Assembly: GCA_030603365.1 (NCBI GenBank)
Contig: JAUVXV010000009.1
Location: forward strand, 1 to 64,000
DNA: 64,000 nt
Direction: 5' to 3'
Source of the DNA: Candidatus Heimdallarchaeota archaeon
GTDB lineage: Archaea; Asgardarchaeota; Heimdallarchaeia; Heimdallarchaeales; Heimdallarchaeaceae
Shown: piece by piece, positions 57,111-64,000 of the stretch
Position numbering within the stretch: position 1 is the first letter of the stretch
Layout: every line of letters starts with the position of its first letter
Notes under the pieces: generated by a model
Seen by the model: only the letters and a program-made list of their open reading frames with translations
What the model was told of the DNA's origin: nothing
Database searches by the model: none
Position numbers and translations under genes: made by a program

Positions 57111-59729
57111 ATGAAAAGAAGAATGTTATTGTCCATAATTTTTGGTTTACTATTAATTTTCATAACAAGTTCTGCTATTTCTCTCACAACAGCTGATGTA
57201 TCCTTAGAACTACTTGTTGTTGGAGATGAAATTGATGATCACTTCATGCAAAGACTGGAATTGGACCCTCAATTCATCATAACAAACGACACTGAAGTTG
57301 GAACTGACTTGAGCAGTTATGATTCAGTTTTACTTTATGATTATATACCAAATACAGCTGAAATTAGTCTTTTAACATCCTTTTCAGGTGGTATTGCAAT
57401 ATTTGTATATAAGAATCTTGCGACAAATGCTTCTGTGCTGGAATCATTAGGATTAGCTTCCACCAATACAGGAGTTATTTCAACTAGTGTCTCTTTACCA
57501 ATCCCTGCTAATGACTCGCTAGTTCATCCAATTCTTGATGATATACCTTGGAATTCAGTTCCTACAATAACCAATTATACAACGATACAACTTGAAGGTA
57601 CCATTTTAGTACAAACTTCCTCAGCTAGTGATGATCCTGATCTTGCTCTTATTAGTACAACTGATAACAATAGATTAATTGCTTTCAATATGATTCCTAA
57701 TTTTTCAGTAAATCCTGAATTAATTGAGTGGCCGTATTTCAATTATATGTTGTATCTGACCATCATGACAATTAATAGTGAAGATACTGTAACATATGGG
57801 AATTGGGATTATGCTCCTGTTCCCCATGCAACTGAAACTATTATTCTAGGAGTATCAGTTGTGCTGACTATAGGGGTAACTGTTGTAGGTTTTGTTTTCT
57901 TCAAGAAATATTCTAAGAAGAATCCAATCAAGCAACAAGATCTAAAAGAGATGAGCAAAGATGAAAAATCTGGAAAATGGGAACAAGTGGGGATGCATCG
58001 GCAATTAGGAGGATTCTTAGTTCAGTTATTTGCTGGATTACTGATTATTTTACCCAATGCTGTAATGTCTGCATTAGTTTTCCCCTTACTGATTTTGCCA
58101 AGTCCTCAAGCCGTAGGATTCTATGATTTTACAATTAAGTTCTTCGAAGCTCTTTGGTTATTCTTTGATTTTGGAACGTCTATAGTTCTAGTAAAATTCT
58201 TCAGTGAGCACAGAGTTAAAAGACCTGAGCATGCAATAAAGTATGTTCAGCTGTTTGTTTGGTTCCAAATGTTATCTGGAATTGCTCAATTATTCCTAAT
58301 ATCATTTCTCGGATCCATGATATTCCCACAAACTTTTCTCGCTCATATGTCGTGGTTATTTGTAACGCATGCATTCTTCCAATGGCCAGCTTTCTTCTTG
58401 GTATTTATGTACCTATTCCAAGCTATGAACAGAATAGATTTCTTTCAAATTCTCAACTTGCTTCTTTACGCAGTTTTCAATATAACGATACAATATCTAA
58501 TGATTATATTGTTCAGAGGTACACTTGGAAAGAATCCTATATTTGGAGATGGTTTAGCGGGGGCAATAGGTTATAGTGTAGGTTTTTACGTTATCCAAGT
58601 AGTCTCGTTCATAGTTGGTCTTTTGATGTTCAAAAGATTAGGATTTTCACTAAAAACGATTTTCCGGATTGATTTCACGTGGGCAGAAGTGAAAGAAGCT
58701 TTGAAATTTGGTACAAAGTGGATGATGGGTGCGATTTTACCACCTTTGGGTTGGTTTATTCAATTATTCCTCCTATCAAAATTCCTTCCCAACTATACTC
58801 AACAACAAGGATTTTTCTCAATAGCTTGGAATTTTGCTATGATAGTTATGCTAGTTGGACTATTTGCCAGTGGGTTCTTACCCGCAATATCGGAATCTTA
58901 TCATGCTAAGAAACCTGCTTTAACACGATACTATACGGTTAGCTCTCTCAAATGGAGTGCTTACTTTGATTGGTATCTAGTAGCAGCGCTAGCAGCTGTA
59001 GGATGGAGATTTATCGTAGGTGGAGCAGGTTCAGAATGGCAACCAGCTTCAGTTCTTATCATCTGGTTTTTGATCTTCCATTCAATCGGTTACTTCTCAT
59101 GGTTAGGTGATTGGATGTTTGCAGGATCAGATAGACCAGGTTGGGCTGCGATAAGCTGGGTTATTGAACAAGTGATTCGAACAGGATTATTAGCGGTTTT
59201 CATACCTCTACATTTGTTCTTCGAACAAACTTTTGGATCGCCAATGATAGCGATTATGTTTGCCTACTTCCCAGCTCTAATCATCAAAAACATCTTCATG
59301 TGGTGGCAAATTCGCAAGAATGAATATTTCAAATTCAAGTGGAAAGATCTGTACTGGCAAGGAATAATAGCTCCTCTCATATCAGCTGGAATTCTCTTTG
59401 GAATTCTTGAAGGATTGTTCCAACTGATTTGGCAAGGCGAAATAATAACTTCTGTTGTGATTTTGCTTATAGGTACGCTCTTAGGGCTCTATCTTTATTC
59501 ATTCATAGCAAGTTTCTTTGGTGCTTTCGATGAGAATACCTTGGGCGAACTCAAACAAGCAACTGAAATGGCTGGAGGGTTTAAGTTCATGGCTAAACCT
59601 CTTTATAAATTGACAGAATGGGGAGCTAAAATATCTCCATTCCATAATAAATTCAAGATATCAATTTTTGAAGAGGCAACTTTAGAAGCTCAACAACTTA
59701 CAGAAGAAAAAGCCCAACTAGTTATCTAA
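57111..59729 (+). CDS. MOP/Wzx-like flippase with N-terminal secreted domain
   Basis: Signal peptide, about 220-aa soluble domain, TM anchor, then about 14 TM with DFGT..KF.SE, GAIG and PAISE motifs. Confidence 0.72.
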   Translation: MKRRMLLSIIFGLLLIFITSSAISLTTADVSLELLVVGDEIDDHFMQRLELDPQFIITNDTEVGTDLSSYDSVLLYDYIPNTAEISLLTSFSGGIAIFVYKNLATNASVLESLGLASTNTGVISTSVSLPIPANDSLVHPILDDIPWNSVPTITNYTTIQLEGTILVQTSSASDDPDLALISTTDNNRLIAFNMIPNFSVNPELIEWPYFNYMLYLTIMTINSEDTVTYGNWDYAPVPHATETIILGVSVVLTIGVTVVGFVFFKKYSKKNPIKQQDLKEMSKDEKSGKWEQVGMHRQLGGFLVQLFAGLLIILPNAVMSALVFPLLILPSPQAVGFYDFTIKFFEALWLFFDFGTSIVLVKFFSEHRVKRPEHAIKYVQLFVWFQMLSGIAQLFLISFLGSMIFPQTFLAHMSWLFVTHAFFQWPAFFLVFMYLFQAMNRIDFFQILNLLLYAVFNITIQYLMIILFRGTLGKNPIFGDGLAGAIGYSVGFYVIQVVSFIVGLLMFKRLGFSLKTIFRIDFTWAEVKEALKFGTKWMMGAILPPLGWFIQLFLLSKFLPNYTQQQGFFSIAWNFAMIVMLVGLFASGFLPAISESYHAKKPALTRYYTVSSLKWSAYFDWYLVAALAAVGWRFIVGGAGSEWQPASVLIIWFLIFHSIGYFSWLGDWMFAGSDRPGWAAISWVIEQVIRTGLLAVFIPLHLFFEQTFGSPMIAIMFAYFPALIIKNIFMWWQIRKNEYFKFKWKDLYWQGIIAPLISAGILFGILEGLFQLIWQGEIITSVVILLIGTLLGLYLYSFIASFFGAFDENTLGELKQATEMAGGFKFMAKPLYKLTEWGAKISPFHNKFKISIFEEATLEAQQLTEEKAQLVI

Positions 59730-59748
59730 TCTTTTTCTTTTTTCTTTT

Positions 59749-60231
59749 TTATTTTCTTGTTTTTTTTGCAGCAATTATTGTTCTTATTATCCAACTCTCA
59801 ATATTCGAATCTCTCTCCAATTCATTACAATAATCCCAATGTTCACCAGCAATTAATCCCATCAAAGATATTTTTTTGAAAGCTCTAGGTTTCTTAGGAG
59901 TAGCAGTAAAAAGAAAGAGTAATCTAGCAGCTTTTTTCTTTAAGTCTTTTTTATCGAAATCTACCTCTAAAGGTATTTCTTCATCTTGAAGTGTTATAGC
60001 TACTTCAGTAGCTTCAATGTTTAATGTAGCAAATTTGGTTAAAGCTAATAAAGAGTAATTTCTAATCCAATCCATTCGGGATGAAGTAAAAGCATGAGTA
60101 TAAAGAGACGCTAAACAACCATTACGAATCAATTCGTGTAACGCTTCTCTTCTTGCATCGTCACCTGCTGAAGGAGTAGAAACAATCCTATCAAATGAAC
60201 TACAATCCATTGAAATAAAATTCCCACCCAA
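59749..60231 (-). CDS. Hypothetical protein
   Basis: 160-aa ORF filling the intergenic gap. Confidence 0.55.
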   Translation of the reverse strand: MGGNFISMDCSSFDRIVSTPSAGDDARREALHELIRNGCLASLYTHAFTSSRMDWIRNYSLLALTKFATLNIEATEVAITLQDEEIPLEVDFDKKDLKKKAARLLFLFTATPKKPRAFKKISLMGLIAGEHWDYCNELERDSNIESWIIRTIIAAKKTRK

Positions 60232-60253
60232 TTAAATAAACTTTGAGAAAAGG

Positions 60254-60814
60254 ATGATTGAGAAAACTTTTAACTATCTTCTAGGTTCAACACTCATGGA
60301 TTCCGTTACACATGGAAGTGTATCTGTTCTTATAGGTCTTATATTTGTTCAGTTCTATTATGTACCTATTTGGCTTCTTCTAATTGTGTTAGTTGTATTT
60401 GGAATCTTAGTTGATTATGATCATGTTTTCTACTATAAAAGAAAAAATCCTGAGATTAAGCTTTGGAATATCATTCAGTTAATAGAGATGTATTTCAAAT
60501 CTATTGATGAAAGAGATGAATTCATTTATCATACTTGGATCCATGAACCATTCGGAGTAATGGTTGTAGGAGGATTAAGTTTTCTGATATTTGGATTTAC
60601 CCCATACTGGTATCTAGCAATACTTTCAACAAGTGTATTTGCAGGACATTATTTGTTGGATTTAGTGTCTGGTAAAATGAAACCATTAGCTCCTTTCTCT
60701 AATAAAGTAGTGATTGATTTGAAGATTCTCCCTGCCAATTCTTTCATTATTATGTCAATAACTCTAGCAGCATTTATAACAGGTTTAATCATATATTTTG
60801 TGCTAGTTCTGTAG
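60254..60814 (+). CDS. YdjM-like membrane metal-dependent hydrolase (likely start MDSVTH)
   Basis: DSVTH, DYDH, HTWIHE, HYLLD. Confidence 0.82.
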   Translation: MIEKTFNYLLGSTLMDSVTHGSVSVLIGLIFVQFYYVPIWLLLIVLVVFGILVDYDHVFYYKRKNPEIKLWNIIQLIEMYFKSIDERDEFIYHTWIHEPFGVMVVGGLSFLIFGFTPYWYLAILSTSVFAGHYLLDLVSGKMKPLAPFSNKVVIDLKILPANSFIIMSITLAAFITGLIIYFVLVL

Positions 60815-60832
60815 CTTTTATCGATAAAGTTT

Positions 60833-63256
60833 TTGAATTTCAAAGTAATATGTACCTTAATGTCTTCAGATTTGGTTGGTAAAGTACCTTTTTGGATGGC
60901 TAAATTTGCCATTAACAAAGTTATACGTAAAAAAATGATGCAGAATAACGAAGTAGTTCTGCCTAAAGATGATAGTAAATGGGAGAAACTAGGAGAAATA
61001 TCTAGTTTTAAAGCTAAGAAGTATAGTCTCGATTTAGGTCTAGAAAAAGGTGAACTTAGGATAACTTCATTGGAAAATGGAATTTTACAAATACAAGCAT
61101 CAAAAAAACTGGAAGAAATTCCTAAAACTAATGCTGTAGTTCTTAAAAGTAAAACAGTTCCTTCGTTCGTTGTTGAAAAGAACGATGACATAATCTCTGT
61201 TCGTCAAGAAGTAGGAAGTATTACTTTTGCCTCTATTGAAATTGATAAACAGAATTCGAAAATTACTTTCAAAGATGGTTTTGGTTTTGGAATATTTAAT
61301 GAAGAGTTTCCAAGCTTTCATGAAGATGGATGGTATAAAACCATTAAACATCCAGAAGTTTCCTGTGAGAACCATTATGGGTTTGGGGCAAAAGCTGGTC
61401 CTTTAGATAAGAAGGGGGAGACCATCTCTTTCTGGAATACAGACTCTTTTGCTTATGATACAGATGATTCAAAACTGTATCAATCTCAACCAATTCAAAT
61501 AATATTACGTCCTAATGGATTCTGCTATGCCTTAATTTATGATAATCCTATCAGAAGTCAAATTATCATAGGTGATGAACATGGCTGCTCCTCAGAATAC
61601 TATGTAGCGGGAGGAGGTATAAACTATTACTTAATTGTTGGACCAACAGTGAAAAAAGTCCTTACAAAAATACACAAACTGCTAGGTAAACCTCCTCTTC
61701 CTCCAATTTCCGCACTGGGACATCATCAAAGTCGTTGGTCTTATTATCCAGAATCAGAAGTTAGAGCATTAGCTGACGAGTTTCGAACAAGAAAAATCCC
61801 ATGTGATTATATTCATCTTGACATCGATTATATGGATGGATATAGGGTTTTCACTTGGGATAAAGAGAAATTCCCCAATCCAAAAAAACTTGCTAGCGAT
61901 TTATTTAAGCAAGGTTTTCGCTTGATGACGATGATTGATCCTGGAGTTAAGGTAGACCCCAACTACAAAATATGTAAAGAAGGAATCAAAGGAAAACACT
62001 TTTGTTTGAATCCTGATGGTTCTCTTTATACAGGACCTGTATGGCCTGGGGACTGCCATTTTCCTGATTTTACACAAGCACTAACAAGGGAATGGTTTGG
62101 TAGTCATTTCAAAGCTTTAACTAATGTTGGAATTAGAGGGTTTTGGATAGATATGAATGAACCTTCAGTTTTCAATGAAAAAGGAACAATTGATGATGAT
62201 GTTATTCACCCTGGTGCAGGAGAAGAAAAAACTCACAAAGAAATTCACAATCAATATGGTCACTTAATGGCTCAAGCAACATATGAGGGATTACAAAAAT
62301 TACTTCCTAATAGTCGTATTTACATCAATTCTCGGTCAGCTTATTTAGGAACACACAGATATGCAGGAACTTGGACTGGAGACAATAATGCAGAATGGAA
62401 TCATCTTCAAATTTCTATTCCAATGTTATTGAATATGGCTGTTTCAGGACAGCTGATGATTGGTCCTGATATAGGCGGTTTTGCAGGTAAACCCTCATCT
62501 GAGCTTCTGACTAGATGGTATCAAGCTGGTTGTCTTTATCCATATTTCAGAAATCATACAATAAACAAAAAATGCTCCCAAGAACCTTGGGTATTCGGAA
62601 AGAAAACAGAAGAGATAATTCGAAAAACGATACAACTTCGTTATTCCCTAATGGTATACATCTATAATGCAGTTCGTCAAACCTGCTTAACGGGAGTTCC
62701 TGCCTTCAGAGCTTTATGGATTGATTATCCAAACGATCCTGTCGTATATATGAAAGAATGGGCGGAAACAGAATATTTATTCGGTAATAATCTTCTTGTA
62801 GCACCAATTTTAAAGAGAGGAAGGCGCAAACGAGAAGTGTATCTCCCTTCAGGAAAATGGTATAGTTTTTGTGGTGAAATGGTTTTTGAAGGAGGTAAGG
62901 TACATGAGATTTCAGTGCCTTTAGAAATGACACCTATTTTTGTTAAGGAGGGGTCAATAATTCCATACATTAGTGAAAACATTCAGCATACTGGAGAGAT
63001 ACAGGCTACTGAAATATCACTTCGCATTTATCCTAAAGATTCTGAAGCGAAGGTAGCTATTTATCTGGATGACGGTGAAACCTTGAATTTTGAAAATGGA
63101 GATTATGAAATAGCACATGTTGAAGCAGAAAGAAGAGCACAGGATACATGGTACATTCACGTTATAAGAGAAGGTAAAAAGAAGAAATTCATTGAGATAG
63201 GAGAAATTTCTATATTTGGTGAAGAAAAATCTAATTATCTCCTGTTTGAGAAATAA
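60833..63256 (+). CDS. GH31 alpha-glucosidase
   Basis: QSRWSY, LDIDY, WIDMNEP (nucleophile), WTGDN, DIGGF, RNH. Confidence 0.95.
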   Translation: MNFKVICTLMSSDLVGKVPFWMAKFAINKVIRKKMMQNNEVVLPKDDSKWEKLGEISSFKAKKYSLDLGLEKGELRITSLENGILQIQASKKLEEIPKTNAVVLKSKTVPSFVVEKNDDIISVRQEVGSITFASIEIDKQNSKITFKDGFGFGIFNEEFPSFHEDGWYKTIKHPEVSCENHYGFGAKAGPLDKKGETISFWNTDSFAYDTDDSKLYQSQPIQIILRPNGFCYALIYDNPIRSQIIIGDEHGCSSEYYVAGGGINYYLIVGPTVKKVLTKIHKLLGKPPLPPISALGHHQSRWSYYPESEVRALADEFRTRKIPCDYIHLDIDYMDGYRVFTWDKEKFPNPKKLASDLFKQGFRLMTMIDPGVKVDPNYKICKEGIKGKHFCLNPDGSLYTGPVWPGDCHFPDFTQALTREWFGSHFKALTNVGIRGFWIDMNEPSVFNEKGTIDDDVIHPGAGEEKTHKEIHNQYGHLMAQATYEGLQKLLPNSRIYINSRSAYLGTHRYAGTWTGDNNAEWNHLQISIPMLLNMAVSGQLMIGPDIGGFAGKPSSELLTRWYQAGCLYPYFRNHTINKKCSQEPWVFGKKTEEIIRKTIQLRYSLMVYIYNAVRQTCLTGVPAFRALWIDYPNDPVVYMKEWAETEYLFGNNLLVAPILKRGRRKREVYLPSGKWYSFCGEMVFEGGKVHEISVPLEMTPIFVKEGSIIPYISENIQHTGEIQATEISLRIYPKDSEAKVAIYLDDGETLNFENGDYEIAHVEAERRAQDTWYIHVIREGKKKKFIEIGEISIFGEEKSNYLLFEK

Positions 63257-63261
63257 AGATT

Positions 63262-63969
63262 TTAATCAAGAAATTGCCTAGCACTTCGCCAAGTAATTTT
63301 CTTGAAAGCTTCTCCATATTTTACGTAACCTATCCTACCAATCATCAGCATACCAGATATTTTGTATGCTCTAACTGGCCATTCACCATAAGCTTCTTCG
63401 TATACATCAAAGAATTCCATGATTCTATCTTGTTGATGTGTTACATCTACAAATACACAATTATCTAAAGCTGAATCTAATCCAATGTATGGAGTATAAA
63501 GACTAACGGGTTTTCTGTTTGGCTCAAAATTATCTTCTTCACTGTTGTATCTTGCATAGGAAATTGCATCAAGAGTTATATCATAGGTATAGCGGTGATC
63601 AGGATGTCCTGTACCAATGTTAGAAGATTTTCCCCATGTAATTATAATGTCAGGTTTAAGCTGTTTGAATATCTTAGCTAATTTCTTAGCATTCTCAACA
63701 GAAGGAAAGACCCCTGAATCAGGTAAATCTAATAATCTATATTGTGCACCAACGATTTTCTCTATTTTATTGACATGTCCTTGTCTCACAAGCATGATCT
63801 CTTCATGGGTGCCTTTAATTGAAGATGCATTTTCCCCATGTGTTAGAAGAATCACATATACTTTATCTCCTCTGTCACTGTGGTTCATTAAAGTCCCCAC
63901 AGCTCCTGCTTCATCATCAGGATGTGCAAAAACTGCAACAACATTTAATAGAGTGTGTTCTTTAGTCAT
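63262..63969 (-). CDS. PIG-L/LmbE family deacetylase
   Basis: AHPDDE and HPDH zinc motifs. Confidence 0.92.
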   Translation of the reverse strand: MTKEHTLLNVVAVFAHPDDEAGAVGTLMNHSDRGDKVYVILLTHGENASSIKGTHEEIMLVRQGHVNKIEKIVGAQYRLLDLPDSGVFPSVENAKKLAKIFKQLKPDIIITWGKSSNIGTGHPDHRYTYDITLDAISYARYNSEEDNFEPNRKPVSLYTPYIGLDSALDNCVFVDVTHQQDRIMEFFDVYEEAYGEWPVRAYKISGMLMIGRIGYVKYGEAFKKITWRSARQFLD

Positions 63970-64000
63970 GCATTACATTATTATCATGTAATTAAAAAAA

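Noticed and set aside
60833-63256. ER glucosidase II ortholog
   Set aside because: Only generic GH31 motifs and no signal peptide; cannot be distinguished from bacterial-type alpha-glucosidases by eye
248-63991. Numerous 60-180 aa ORFs antisense to or nested in confident genes (e.g. 20684-21091, 37199-37639, 60649-61191, 63617-63991)
   Set aside because: Shadow ORFs without motifs; 5523-5744 is the exception, retained as a lysS remnant

Overview
AT-rich archaeal chromosomal segment with no recognisable prophage, transposase or CRISPR array. Gene content points to an Asgard archaeon, probably Heimdallarchaeia-like (inference): gatDE, class I LysRS, eL42, Rpo6, geranylgeranyl reductase and an archaeal pilin occur alongside eukaryotic-signature proteins (one Arf-like and two Rab-like GTPases, a DENN-like protein, a longin protein). 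About 47 CDS, one tRNA-His and one predicted box C/D guide RNA are supported. Main observations: (1) a SEC11-type signal peptidase whose C-terminal extension resembles eukaryotic SPC22/23 (SPCS3), possibly a fused proto signal-peptidase complex; (2) an unannotated C/D-box RNA whose D guide matches the LSU rRNA site equivalent to yeast Am2946; (3) a tRNA-His with eukaryote-type A73 and no encoded G-1; (4) an intact lysS lying in reverse orientation between the 5' and 3' remnants of a different class I lysS; (5) a surface-polymer locus with two cellulose-synthase-like GT2s, a GT-C protein and two FtsX/MacB permeases, one of them giant; (6) a folliculin/SMCR8-like DENN protein and a longin-7TM fusion; (7) a 1908-aa Lhr with tandem AlkZ/HTH_42-like modules plus a partner protein; (8) a secreted-protein gene flanked by a 67-bp duplication of a Rab gene 3' end. 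All family assignments come from motifs read by eye; no searches were run.
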